Shown here: positions 1-8,779 of the stretch, one piece after another | How positions within the stretch are numbered: the first letter of the stretch is position 1 | How the letters are laid out: every line of letters starts with the position of its first letter | Source of the DNA: Deltaproteobacteria bacterium | GTDB taxonomy: Bacteria > Myxococcota_A > Polyangia > Polyangiales > JADJMO01 | NCBI GenBank assembly: GCA_016182965.1 | Contig: JACPFM010000024.1 | Location: 15,891 to 79,890, forward strand | Length of the DNA: 64,000 nucleotides | Direction: 5' to 3' | Position numbers and translations under genes: made by a program | Notes under the pieces: model-generated | Seen by the model: only the letters and a program-made list of their open reading frames with translations | Told to the model about the DNA's origin: nothing | The model's database searches: none

Positions 1-199
1 ACCCGTTCTTCAGCAGGTTCTCGGGCTCGGTGCACGACGCGGCGTCCGGCACGATTGCATCGGCGGCATCGGCGTCGGCGCCGTCGGCCGCCGCGCCGTC
101 GCCCGAGCCGGCGCCCGAGTCGGTCGCAGACTGCACCTGCTCGCCAGTGCATCCCGAGAGGGCGAACGCGACGAGGCAAACCTGGAACGGCCAGCGCAT
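1..199 (-). CDS. lipoprotein, 5' part only (gene runs off the left edge of the window)
   Basis: Not in the ORF track because no stop lies in the window. Reverse strand from ATG (plus-strand cat at 197-199) reads MRWPFQVCLVAFALSGCTGEQVQSATDSGAGSGDGAAADGADADAADAIVPDAASCTEPENLLKNG. This is a signal peptide with lipobox LSGC. Confidence 0.5.
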   Translation of the reverse strand, partial: MRWPFQVCLVAFALSGCTGEQVQSATDSGAGSGDGAAADGADADAADAIVPDAASCTEPENLLKNG

Positions 200-230
200 G
201 GCGCGGGAGACTAGCCCAAGTAGAGGGCTC

Positions 231-836
231 TCAGAACGATGCGCGGTAGCCGAGGGCCGTGCTGAACGCGTCGACGAACCCGTGCCCCTCGTTCTGCACC
301 ACCGCCTCCGCGAGCTGCCCGAGCGTCACCTCCTCGACGAACAGGCTGTGGCGGAGGATCGCGGCGCCGCGCTCGCGCACGCCGATCTCCGCGCCGAACA
401 CGACCAGCGGCTGCAGGCCCGTCGGCTGGTAGTACCCCGCCGGATAGACGTCCGGCTGCACGATGAACGAGTTCTTCATCGACGCGAGGAAGGCGCCGAA
501 GCCGGCGTACAGCGGCCGCACGAAGAACTGATCGTGGCTGCCGAAATCGAGGCGCAGCGGCCGCACCGAGACCACCAACGAGCCGAGGTGCACCGGCGGC
601 GCGCCGTCGCGCGCGGGCACGTAGCCGTACGTCCCGCCGACGTTCAGCACGTCGTCGAACGCGGAGAAGCCGAGCCCCGCGGTGAACATCCCGAGGAACC
701 CGCCGGTCTGCACGCGCGCGTAGTCCGGCGCGTACCATCCGAGCCGATCGCGCTCGCCCGCCGCCTCGCCGACGTCCCCGGCGCGCGCCTCCATCGAGAC
801 CAGGAGCGCCGCCACCGCCACGCCCACGCCCTTCAT
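231..836 (-). CDS. hypothetical exported protein, possible small outer-membrane beta-barrel
   Basis: Internal ATG (cat 834-836) of track ORF 231..1811 gives 201 aa: MKGVGVAVAALLVSMEARAG..., a signal-like N-terminus. The protein is Gly/aromatic-rich and ends ...ALGYRASF (terminal Phe as in OMPs). The part of the ORF upstream of this ATG is Arg/Pro-rich shadow frame. The start overlaps the upstream stop by 4 nt (ATGA). Confidence 0.6.
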   Translation of the reverse strand: MKGVGVAVAALLVSMEARAGDVGEAAGERDRLGWYAPDYARVQTGGFLGMFTAGLGFSAFDDVLNVGGTYGYVPARDGAPPVHLGSLVVSVRPLRLDFGSHDQFFVRPLYAGFGAFLASMKNSFIVQPDVYPAGYYQPTGLQPLVVFGAEIGVRERGAAILRHSLFVEEVTLGQLAEAVVQNEGHGFVDAFSTALGYRASF

Positions 837-1717
837 CGCAGCGGTCCCGGCGGCGGCGGATCGCAGCCGGGCGACGTCGTGGCCAGCGTCGGCACGCAGC
901 TGTCGATGACGCACGACTCGAGGCGGACCCTCTCGCCGTCGGTCGTGATCACGTAGAACGAGCCGTCGAGCGCGCTCTTCGCCTTGATGAAGCGGATGCC
1001 CTCCACCTGGCGCGCGCCCCAGTCGGCGTGCAGGTGCCCGTAGAGGTAGGCGTCGGCGCCGCCCTCGCGGAGCGTCCGCCACAGGCGCTGCGTCTGCGCG
1101 GGCGAGAGATGCGGCTCCGACGTCGGCGGGTGATGGGTCACGACGAAGGTGCGCGCGTCGCGCCCGCGATCGAGCTCGCGCCGGAGCCAGCCGAAGTCCG
1201 GCTCCGGCATCCGCCACTCGAGGGTGTTGGTGTTGAAGAAGAGGAAGTGAACGCCCGCGTGCTCGACCACGAAGTTGTCGGGCCCGAACATCGAGGCGTA
1301 GACCGAGACGCCGTTCGACAACCCGTCGTGGTTGCCGGCGACGGCGAAGAACGGCGCGCGCAGGCGGGAGAACGCGCCGTACAGCCAGCGGTACTCCTGC
1401 GTCATCCCGAGATCGGTGAGGTCGCCCGCGTGCACCACCAGCTCGACCTCGGGGCGGCCATTCAAGTAGTCGACGATGCGGTTCCAGTGCCGATACGCGT
1501 CGTGCGTGTCCGAGAGGAACGCGAAGGTGAGCGGCCGCTCCCGCGAGACGGCCGGCCGCTGGTTGCGCGCCAGCTTGGCCAGGTTCTTCGCCGTCTGATC
1601 GCGCATCTCCTCGGGCAGCCCGACCTCGAAGGGGCTGAACTGGATGCAGGCGAGCGCGGTCGTGCCGGCGAGCGCCGCGAACCCGCGAAACAGGCTGCGA
1701 GCTCGGCCATTGGTCAC
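833..1717 (-). CDS. metallophosphoesterase (calcineurin-like), lipoprotein-type signal
   Basis: GTG start (cac 1715-1717) gives VTNGRARSLFRGFAALAGTTALAC (lipobox LAC). Motifs present: LSDTHD, HAGDLTD, AGNHD, THHPP, GHLH. The rest of track ORF 833..2416 is shadow frame. Confidence 0.85.
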   Translation of the reverse strand: MTNGRARSLFRGFAALAGTTALACIQFSPFEVGLPEEMRDQTAKNLAKLARNQRPAVSRERPLTFAFLSDTHDAYRHWNRIVDYLNGRPEVELVVHAGDLTDLGMTQEYRWLYGAFSRLRAPFFAVAGNHDGLSNGVSVYASMFGPDNFVVEHAGVHFLFFNTNTLEWRMPEPDFGWLRRELDRGRDARTFVVTHHPPTSEPHLSPAQTQRLWRTLREGGADAYLYGHLHADWGARQVEGIRFIKAKSALDGSFYVITTDGERVRLESCVIDSCVPTLATTSPGCDPPPPGPLR

Positions 1718-1894
1718 GCGATCTCTGATTCGAGCGCGCGTTCCGTGTTGCTCGCGGCAGGCGCGTCGTCGGCCTCGACGGGGCCACGACGCGCGCACCG
1801 CTGAGCACCACCCATCGACGCCGGTGGGACTCGACGCCCGCCCTCGTGGCCCTAGGGTTGCGTTTCGCGTTCGCCGATCGCCGAAGGAGCCGCC

Positions 1895-3136
1895 TTGTCC
1901 GTTCGAACTCCCGTCGCCCTCATCCTCCTCGCAGCTCTCGCCGGGTGCGCCGCCTCCAAGGGCGACCGGACCGAGAGCGCCACGCTCGACGGCGGACTCG
2001 ATCCGGCGAAGGAGCCAACGGCCGACGCCGCGCCCGTCGGCGACGCCGATCCGGGGCCGGGGTTCGGCACCGACTCGGCGCTCCCGTCGCCCGATCCCGA
2101 GAAGGACAACGACGGCGACGGCTGGGCCTTCAAGGACGACTGCAACGACAAGGATCCGATGGTGAACCCGGGCGCGTACGACGTGCTCGGCGATGGCGTC
2201 GACAACGACTGCAACGGAACGGTCGACGATCCCTCGGTCGGCTGCGACACGACGGGCATCAAGCTCGACACCAAGAACGCGCTCGACTTCGCGCGCGCCC
2301 TCGGCATCTGTCAGGTCGCCGACCCGAGCGGCGAGGGCAAGGACAAGCGCTGGGGCCTCATGTCGGCGCAGCTGGTCCGCGCCGACGGCACGCCGGTCGG
2401 CGATCCCATGCAGCACGGCATCATGCGGAAGTTCGGCACCAACGTCTCCGCCAAGAGCGGCGCGAACCTGGTCGTGCTCTCCAGCGGCACCGCGCGCACC
2501 CCCGATCAGCCCGGCTTCATCACGGCGATCTCGCCGTCGTTCCGCACCGCCAGCGAGGTCGCGCCGCCGCCCGGTTGGCCCAAGCCCACCTCCGGCTGCC
2601 CGACGCCGTCCAAGACGACGGCGAACGACAGCGTGGGCCTGAAGCTCACGATGCGCGTCCCGACCAACGCGAAGTCGTTCTCCTTCGATTTCGACTTCTA
2701 CTCGTCGGAGTACATCAACTTCGTCTGCAGCTCCTACAACGACTCGTTCGTCGCCCTGCTCAAGACGGGCGCCAAGCTCGACCCGGCGAGCTCCGGCAAC
2801 GTCTCCTTCGACGCGATGAAGAACCCGATCAACGTCAACTCCGGGTTCTTCGAGGTCTGCACGCCGGGCAGCAGGAGCGGCAAGACGTTCGCGTGCGCCA
2901 AGGGGACCAAGGAGCTCGAGGGCACCGGCTTCTGGGATCCGTCACGCGCCGAGCAGAACGGCGCCACGTCGTGGCTCCGCACCAAGGCGCCGGTCATGCC
3001 GGGCGAGACGATGACCATCCAGTTCCTCATCTGGGATACCGGCGACCACATCCTCGATTCGACGGTGCTGATCGACAACTGGCAGTGGGACGCCACGCCG
3101 TCGACCAACCCGTCGACCGATCGCCCGCCGGCGTGA
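1895..3136 (+). CDS. lipoprotein with Cys/Asp metal-binding motif and choice-of-anchor-L-like domain
   Basis: TTG start with AAGGAG 7 nt upstream. MSVRTPVALILLAALAGC lipobox. DNDGDGWAFKDDCNDKDPMVNPGAYDVLGDGVDNDCNG motif. C-terminal region (FDFDFYSSEYINFVCSSYNDSFVALL...FLIWDTGDHILDSTVLIDNWQW) resembles the choice-of-anchor L family from memory. Confidence 0.75.
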   Translation: MSVRTPVALILLAALAGCAASKGDRTESATLDGGLDPAKEPTADAAPVGDADPGPGFGTDSALPSPDPEKDNDGDGWAFKDDCNDKDPMVNPGAYDVLGDGVDNDCNGTVDDPSVGCDTTGIKLDTKNALDFARALGICQVADPSGEGKDKRWGLMSAQLVRADGTPVGDPMQHGIMRKFGTNVSAKSGANLVVLSSGTARTPDQPGFITAISPSFRTASEVAPPPGWPKPTSGCPTPSKTTANDSVGLKLTMRVPTNAKSFSFDFDFYSSEYINFVCSSYNDSFVALLKTGAKLDPASSGNVSFDAMKNPINVNSGFFEVCTPGSRSGKTFACAKGTKELEGTGFWDPSRAEQNGATSWLRTKAPVMPGETMTIQFLIWDTGDHILDSTVLIDNWQWDATPSTNPSTDRPPA

Positions 3137-3142
3137 TCGAGC

Positions 3143-4519
3143 TCAGGCGAGCGGCGCGAAGCGTGCGGTGAAGTGGCGGAGCGCCGGCGGCGACGACACG
3201 ATGCGGTAGCCGCGGAGCTCGTTCGCGCGCTCGGCGACCTTGCAGCAGACCTCGGCCACGAAGTCGACGTGGCTCTGCGTGTACACGCGCCGCGGGATGG
3301 CCAGGCGCACGAGCTCGAGCGCCGAGGGCGCCTCGGTCCCGTCGGGGCGCAGGCCGAACATCACCGAGCCGATCTCGCACCCGCGGACGCCGCCCTCGAG
3401 GTAGAGCGCGGTCGCCACTGCCTGCCCCGGGTACTGCAGCGGCGCGATGTGCGGGCACATCGCGCGCGCGTCGAGGTACACCGCGTGCCCGCCCACCGGT
3501 TCGACGATCGGGATGCCGAAGGCGCGCAGCTTGTCTCCGAGGTACGCCGTCGAGCGGATGCGGTAGCGGAGGTAGTCGTGATCGACGACCTCCTCGAGAC
3601 CGCGCGCGATCGCCTCGAGATCGCGCCCGGCGAGGCCGCCGTAGGTGGGGAAGCCCTCGGTGAGGATCAGCAGCTCGCGGCAGCGACGCGCGAGCTCGTC
3701 GTCGTTCACCGCGAGCCAGCCGCCGATGTTCGCGAGGCCGTCCTTCTTCGCCGACATGGTCATGCCGTCGGCGAGCGCGGCCATGTCGCGGACGATGTCC
3801 TTCACGTCGCGATCGCCCTGCCCCGGCTCGCGCTCGCGGATCATCCAGGCGTTCTCGGCGAAGCGGCAGGAGTCGAGGAACAGCGGGACCGAGAAGCGAT
3901 CGCAGATCGCACGGACGCCGCGCAGGTTCTCGAGGCTGACCGGCTGGCCGCCGCCCGAGTTGTTGGTGATGGTGACGAACACCGCCGGGACGTGGCCGCG
4001 GTGCTCGGTCAACGCGGCCTCGAGCCGGCCGAGGTCCATGTTCCCCTTGAACGGGTGGGTGCTCGACGGGACGCGCCCTTCGGGGATGACCAGGTCGATC
4101 GCGCTCGCGCCCGTGTACTCCACGTTGGCGCGCGTCGTGTCGAAGTGGGTGTTGTTGATGATGACCTTGCCCGGTCCGCCGATCACCGAGAAGAGGATCT
4201 TCTCGGCCGCGCGCCCCTGGTGGGTCGGGATGACGTGGCGGAAGGGGAACAGCGACTTGATCGACGCCTCGAAGCGGAACCACGACGGGCTGCCCGCGTA
4301 GCTCTCGTCGCCGCGCTGGATGCCGGCCCACTGCTCCGAGGACATCGCGCCGGTTCCCGAGTCGGTGAGCAGATCGATGAGCACGTCGTCGGAGTGCAGG
4401 CCGAACAGGTTGTACCCCGCCTCGCGCAGCTTCGCCTCGCGCTCCTGCCGCGTGGTCATGCGGATCGGCTCGACGGACTTGATGCGAAACGGCTCGATGA
4501 TCGTGCGGAACCCGTCCAT
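3143..4519 (-). CDS. PLP-dependent beta-eliminating lyase, tryptophanase / tyrosine phenol-lyase family
   Basis: MDGFRTIIEPFRIKSVEPIRMTTRQEREAKLREAGYNLFGL..DLLTDSGTGAMS..IPTHQGRAAE..GGQPVS..CRFAENAW..MSAKKD (PLP lysine)..EGFPTYGGLAGRD..VEPVGGHAVYLDA..RLAIPRRVYTQSHVDF..LRHFTARF aligns along its whole length with E. coli TnaA and Citrobacter TPL as I recall them. Start taken at the second Met (4519). Confidence 0.9.
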   Translation of the reverse strand: MDGFRTIIEPFRIKSVEPIRMTTRQEREAKLREAGYNLFGLHSDDVLIDLLTDSGTGAMSSEQWAGIQRGDESYAGSPSWFRFEASIKSLFPFRHVIPTHQGRAAEKILFSVIGGPGKVIINNTHFDTTRANVEYTGASAIDLVIPEGRVPSSTHPFKGNMDLGRLEAALTEHRGHVPAVFVTITNNSGGGQPVSLENLRGVRAICDRFSVPLFLDSCRFAENAWMIREREPGQGDRDVKDIVRDMAALADGMTMSAKKDGLANIGGWLAVNDDELARRCRELLILTEGFPTYGGLAGRDLEAIARGLEEVVDHDYLRYRIRSTAYLGDKLRAFGIPIVEPVGGHAVYLDARAMCPHIAPLQYPGQAVATALYLEGGVRGCEIGSVMFGLRPDGTEAPSALELVRLAIPRRVYTQSHVDFVAEVCCKVAERANELRGYRIVSSPPALRHFTARFAPLA

Positions 4520-4554
4520 GCGCGGAGCGTGCGCACGCCGTTCCACGCGCGAAC

Positions 4555-5802
4555 ATGACGACGGTCATGGACATCATGGACAGCCAGCCTCGCGACGCCG
4601 GGCCCGCCTCGTGGCATCGTGCCGCGATGCGCCTCGCGAGCCGACTCGCCGCCGCCGCCGGCCTCATCGGCGCGCATCGCGACGTGCTCGCCGCACGGCC
4701 GGCCGGCTCCGGCGTGCCGGCCGCGCTCGATGCACGCGGGTGGACGGGGTTTCTCGCAGATCTCGGCGACGCATCCGTCGACGCCTTCGAGATCGCCGGC
4801 CTCGACGCTGACTGGAGCGCGGCGCCCCCGTCGCTCGCGGCGATGGTCGCCGAAGCGCGGGCCGTGTGCGCGGTGCCCGAATTGACCGAGGGTGCGCTCG
4901 GGCGCGACGCACCGCGCCATCGCCGTGCGTCGCGGCGCGGCGAGACCCCGCGCAAGTCGGCGCAGATCGACGCGTTCGCGTGGGTGCTCCTCCCGATCGC
5001 GCGCGACGCAGGTCGGATCGTCGACGTCGGCTCGGGGCACGGTCACCTGACCCGCGAGCTCGAGGCGCGGCTCGCGCGCCCGGTGCTCGGGCTCGAGCGC
5101 GACGTCCGCCTCACGGCGCGCGCGCGCTCGCTCGGCGGCGCGTTCGCGGAGACCGACGTGCTCCGCGACGGTCTGCCCCTCGAAGCCGGCGACTGCGTCG
5201 TCGGGCTGCACGCGTGCGGCGAGCTCGGCGACGTGATGGTGCGGAGCGCCGCCGAGCACCGCGCGTCCATCGCGCTCGTCGGCTGCTGCCTGCAGAAGCG
5301 ACGCGACGACGCGCGCGTGCCGCTGTCGGAGGCCGAGCCCGTCCTCGCCACGCGGCTGCTCGGCCTCAGCAACCTCGTCGCGCGCGAGGAGGGCGTCGAG
5401 GCCTCGCGCGCCGACAACCTCGCCGCCCGCGCGCGGCGGCTCGCGCTCCATCGGCTGCTGGTCGAGCGCGTCGGCCCGCTGCGGCTCGGCGCGGAGATGG
5501 ACGGCCTCAACCGGCGCGCCGCCCACGCCGATCTCTCGACGCTCGTCGAGCGGGCGTTCGCGCGGCGAGCGCTCGCGGTCCCGTCCGCGGCCGACGTGCG
5601 CGCGGCCGACGCCTGGGCGCGCGAAGAGCACGCCCGCGCGCGGCGCCTCTCGCTCCCGCGCGCCTTGCTCGCGCGCGTGCTCGAGGTGTTCGTGCTCGCC
5701 GATCGCGCCTGCTTCCTCGAGGCGCACGATCGAGAGGTCGTCGTCGGGAGGGTGTTCCCCGCGGGCGTGAGCGCGCGGAACCTGGCGCTGGTCTCTCGCT
5801 GA
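4555..5802 (+). CDS. SAM-dependent methyltransferase (Methyltransf_32-like)
   Basis: 415-aa ORF with motif I VDVGSGHGHLTRELE and GLHACGELGD..ALVGCCLQK, typical of the PF13679-type family from memory. Divergent from the lyase gene with a 35-nt gap. Confidence 0.65.
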   Translation: MTTVMDIMDSQPRDAGPASWHRAAMRLASRLAAAAGLIGAHRDVLAARPAGSGVPAALDARGWTGFLADLGDASVDAFEIAGLDADWSAAPPSLAAMVAEARAVCAVPELTEGALGRDAPRHRRASRRGETPRKSAQIDAFAWVLLPIARDAGRIVDVGSGHGHLTRELEARLARPVLGLERDVRLTARARSLGGAFAETDVLRDGLPLEAGDCVVGLHACGELGDVMVRSAAEHRASIALVGCCLQKRRDDARVPLSEAEPVLATRLLGLSNLVAREEGVEASRADNLAARARRLALHRLLVERVGPLRLGAEMDGLNRRAAHADLSTLVERAFARRALAVPSAADVRAADAWAREEHARARRLSLPRALLARVLEVFVLADRACFLEAHDREVVVGRVFPAGVSARNLALVSR

Positions 5803-5814
5803 GCGGCGGGGCGG

Positions 5815-6957
5815 TCACGCCAGGGTATCGATCGTCGGGAAGCGCGCGTCTTCCGTGACGCAACCCCAGAGGAAGCACGCAAGACCGAGGTCACCCGTCC
5901 ACAGGGAGTAGCGTCCCTGCCCGTAGCGCGAGCGCGTCGCGTCGCAGCGCGCGATGGCGTTCATCGCGAAGGCCCGCGCACGATCGAGCCACGTCGCGTC
6001 GCCGGTCGCCGCGTGCAGCGCGAGGAACGCATACCCGTTACCGGCGTCGCCGTGACAGAGGTTCGTCCCCTTGCGGAGCGGGCCGGCGCGCTCGATGGCC
6101 GCGCCCGCCGCGCTCAGCGTCGGCAGCGACGCGCGCAGCCCGGCGAGGCCGACCACGAACCCGGGCGCGCCATGGCAGATCTGCATCAGGCGCGGCCGCT
6201 CCCCCGCGGTCGCCGGCCAGCTCGCGAGCTCGCCTTCTCGCACGGCCGTGCGCTCGGTCGCCGCGGCGACGCTCGTCTCGATCTCTTCGCGTACGCGCGG
6301 ATCGAGCAGCGGCGCGGCGCGCAGGAGCACCGCGGCGTTGCCGGCGAACCCGTGCACGAGGCCGAGGTAGCGCTCGGCGCCGCCGAAGAGACGCTGGGAG
6401 AACAGCCCGTCGGCGTCGCGCGTCGACCACATCGAGACGGCGCCGCGGCGCGCCAGCTCGGCGAAGCGGACGTCGCCGGTGCGCGCGTGCACCCGCGTGG
6501 CGACCAGCACGGCGCCGGGCGCGCCGAGCATCAGCTCGTTGGAGGGCAGCGCGAGGCACGCCTCGATCTCTCGCAGCAGCGCGTCCGCGAGCTCGGCGTC
6601 GGGCGCGACGGCGTTCGCGACGGCGAGCGCCCCGAGCCGGCCCATGAGGAACCCGCGTGATCGCGACCGCTCGTCGCACGTCGCGCGCGCGACGTCGCGG
6701 AGCCACGGCGGCGCGCTCGCGACGCCGGCGCGCGCGAGATGATCGATCGCCCACACGACGCCCGCGGTGCCCCAGTAGATCGACGTCGGCGGCGGCGGCC
6801 CGTGGGTCTCGGGCTCGTCGAGCGGATGCACGGGGAAGCCGCGCCCGTCGAACGCCCGCGCGGCGTCGTCGACGACGCGCGCGATGGCGTCGCGCGCGAC
6901 GCGCTCGTCCCAGACCCGCGACGGCAGCTCGAGGTGGCGGTCCGGCTCGAACAGCAT
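5815..6957 (-). CDS. LanC-like (lanthionine synthetase C-like) protein, stand-alone
   Basis: Zn-ligand / active-site motifs of the LanC fold are present: GLVHGFAGNA, MQICHGAPGFV, NLCHGDAGNGYAF. Start moved to the ATG at 6957 because GGAGGGGGG lies directly upstream; the track start at 6987 is a TTG. No signal peptide. Confidence 0.8.
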   Translation of the reverse strand: MLFEPDRHLELPSRVWDERVARDAIARVVDDAARAFDGRGFPVHPLDEPETHGPPPPTSIYWGTAGVVWAIDHLARAGVASAPPWLRDVARATCDERSRSRGFLMGRLGALAVANAVAPDAELADALLREIEACLALPSNELMLGAPGAVLVATRVHARTGDVRFAELARRGAVSMWSTRDADGLFSQRLFGGAERYLGLVHGFAGNAAVLLRAAPLLDPRVREEIETSVAAATERTAVREGELASWPATAGERPRLMQICHGAPGFVVGLAGLRASLPTLSAAGAAIERAGPLRKGTNLCHGDAGNGYAFLALHAATGDATWLDRARAFAMNAIARCDATRSRYGQGRYSLWTGDLGLACFLWGCVTEDARFPTIDTLA

Positions 6958-6987
6958 CCCCCCTCCGATGCCGCCGCCCGACGGCAA

Positions 6988-7692
6988 TCACGACCCGAGC
7001 AGCTTGCGGACCTCGGCGATCGGCTTGCCCGCGAAGCGCTTCTTCGCCTCGTCGGCGTTGCTGAACGAGCGGGTGAACATGCGGTCGACGTAGAGCGTGC
7101 CGTCGAGGTGATCGACCTCGTGCTGGAGGATGCGCGCCGGCCAGCCCTTCACCCGCCACACCTGCTCGACGCCGTGCTCGTCGAGCCCGGTGACCTCGAC
7201 CTCGCGGCTGCGCTCCACGAGCCCCACGTAGCCGCGGACGCTCAAGCAGCCCTCGAAGAACGTGGCGCGATCGTCCTTCCCGTCGGAGATCGGGCGGAGC
7301 ACCGGGTTGACGAACACGCGCGGGCCGAACGCGAAGCGCTCGCGCTCCTTGCGCTCCTCGGGCGTGAGCTTCGACATCAGCTCTTCGCGGTCCTCGAGCA
7401 CGATGACGCGCAAGGGGACGCCGATCTGCGGCGCGGCGAGGCCGACGCCGGGCGCCTTGCGCATGGTGTCGATCATGCGGGCGACGAGCGCCTGGAACTC
7501 CGGCGTCGCGATGCGCTCCTTGGGCACCTCCTCGGCGCGCGAGCGCAGCACCGGCTGGCCGATCTGGACGATGTCGGGAGCGGCGGACGCCGAGGGCGAA
7601 GGAGCCGGCGCCGGCGACGACGCGGGCGCAGCCGGGGCGCCGCAGCCGATGGGCGAGAGGACGACGAGGAGGATGCCGAGCGCGCGACGCAT
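6988..7692 (-). CDS. def: peptide deformylase with N-terminal signal/lipoprotein-like extension
   Basis: All three PDF motifs are present: GVGLAAPQIG, EGCLSV, QHEVDHLDG. The N-terminus MRRALGILLVVLSPIGCGAPAAPASSPAPAPSPSASAAP looks like a signal peptide with Cys followed by a Pro/Ala/Ser linker. Confidence 0.9.
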   Translation of the reverse strand: MRRALGILLVVLSPIGCGAPAAPASSPAPAPSPSASAAPDIVQIGQPVLRSRAEEVPKERIATPEFQALVARMIDTMRKAPGVGLAAPQIGVPLRVIVLEDREELMSKLTPEERKERERFAFGPRVFVNPVLRPISDGKDDRATFFEGCLSVRGYVGLVERSREVEVTGLDEHGVEQVWRVKGWPARILQHEVDHLDGTLYVDRMFTRSFSNADEAKKRFAGKPIAEVRKLLGS

Positions 7693-7707
7693 GCCGCGAG
7701 CCTGTCC

Positions 7708-8403
7708 TCACGCGGCGCGGAAGTCGACGACGAACGCGTTCGGGGCCTCGGCCTCGACGATCCAGCGCGAGAGCGGGATCCACCGCGCCGCGCGATCGAG
7801 CACGATCGCGTCGGAGGAGGCGGCGATCTCGCCGGCCGCGACGCGCGCGTCGACGTCGCGCGCGAGCTCCACCTCGACGGCGACGGGCCACCCGCGCGCC
7901 GCGTCGCGAACGACGGAGGCGAGCTCGCCCGAGCGGCTGACCGGGGCATCGATGAGGAACGATGTCGACGCCGGCGCGAGCGCCCCGAGCCGCGCGCCGA
8001 CGAGCGCGATCGCTCGCCGGGTGAGGTCGCCCACCCGATGGCTCCCGCGCATCCCCGCGAGATCGCGCAGCGCGCCGTCGCGCCCGACGAGCGCGAGGCC
8101 GCCGCCGAGCGCGACCTCGACGGTGACCAACACATTGAAGCCGTCGACGACGAGCGCCCTGCCCGCCACGTATTCGGGGCGGAGGGCGCGCGCCCTTCGA
8201 GTGGCCGCTACCTCCGCCGCCGCCACGCTCCGCGCGATCGCGCGACGCTGCCGCTCGTCGAGCTGATGTCGACCGCCGACGAACGAGACGGCGCTCGCGA
8301 GCGGGTACCCGCGCCCGAGCAGCCACTCGACCTCCTCGGCGCCTGCGATCACGCGCGCGAGCGCCGCGCCCGTGAACCGGGACTCGTCGAGAGGATCACG
8401 CAT
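7708..8403 (-). CDS. DUF434-like domain protein (hypothetical)
   Basis: ATG at 8403 (cat 8401-8403) gives 231 aa: MRDPLDESRFTGAALARVIAGAEEVEWLLGRGYPLASAVSFVGGRHQLDERQRRAIARSV... The RGYP..FVG..HQL..R pattern matches my memory of DUF434. The upstream part of the track ORF is an Arg-rich artefact. Confidence 0.5.
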   Translation of the reverse strand: MRDPLDESRFTGAALARVIAGAEEVEWLLGRGYPLASAVSFVGGRHQLDERQRRAIARSVAAAEVAATRRARALRPEYVAGRALVVDGFNVLVTVEVALGGGLALVGRDGALRDLAGMRGSHRVGDLTRRAIALVGARLGALAPASTSFLIDAPVSRSGELASVVRDAARGWPVAVEVELARDVDARVAAGEIAASSDAIVLDRAARWIPLSRWIVEAEAPNAFVVDFRAA

Positions 8404-8414
8404 CGGCCGGAGGA

Positions 8415-8729
8415 TCAGTCGTCGGTCGGCTTGGGAGGCGGCTTGGTGACCGCATCCTCCCGCGACTCCCACTTCGCGTCGACGTCGGCGGGGCTCTCGA
8501 TCGCACCGAGCTCGAGCAGCCGCGCGACGACCATCGCGGTCTCGCGGACGCTCAGGTTGAGGAGCACGGCGATGTCGCCGACCGGCGTGTCGCCGTCCAT
8601 CCGCGCGAGCACCTGCGCCTCGATCGGACCGAGCGGGCACGCCGCGGCGTGGGCGGTGCGAACGAACACGTCATCCTCGCGCGGCGTGCGGATGGCGCGC
8701 GTCGGGTTCGGGCGCGGCTTCGGGACCAT
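8415..8729 (-). CDS. small hypothetical protein with winged-helix-like segment
   Basis: ATG at 8729; 104 aa. LGPIEAQVLARMDGDTPVGDIAVLLNLSVRETAMVVARLLELGAI resembles a wHTH module common in myxobacterial proteins. 11-nt gap to the next gene. Confidence 0.45.
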   Translation of the reverse strand: MVPKPRPNPTRAIRTPREDDVFVRTAHAAACPLGPIEAQVLARMDGDTPVGDIAVLLNLSVRETAMVVARLLELGAIESPADVDAKWESREDAVTKPPPKPTDD

Positions 8730-8779
8730 CTCGTCGCCAGCATAGCGAACCACAACGACTTGGCGAATTTCTCGAAACG

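Noticed and set aside
6038-8326. 762-aa minus-strand ORF, and the 668-aa plus-strand ORF 6739..8745
   Set aside because: Both are alternative frames or antisense of the LanC-like, def and DUF434 genes, which carry clear catalytic motifs. Their composition is Arg-rich nonsense.
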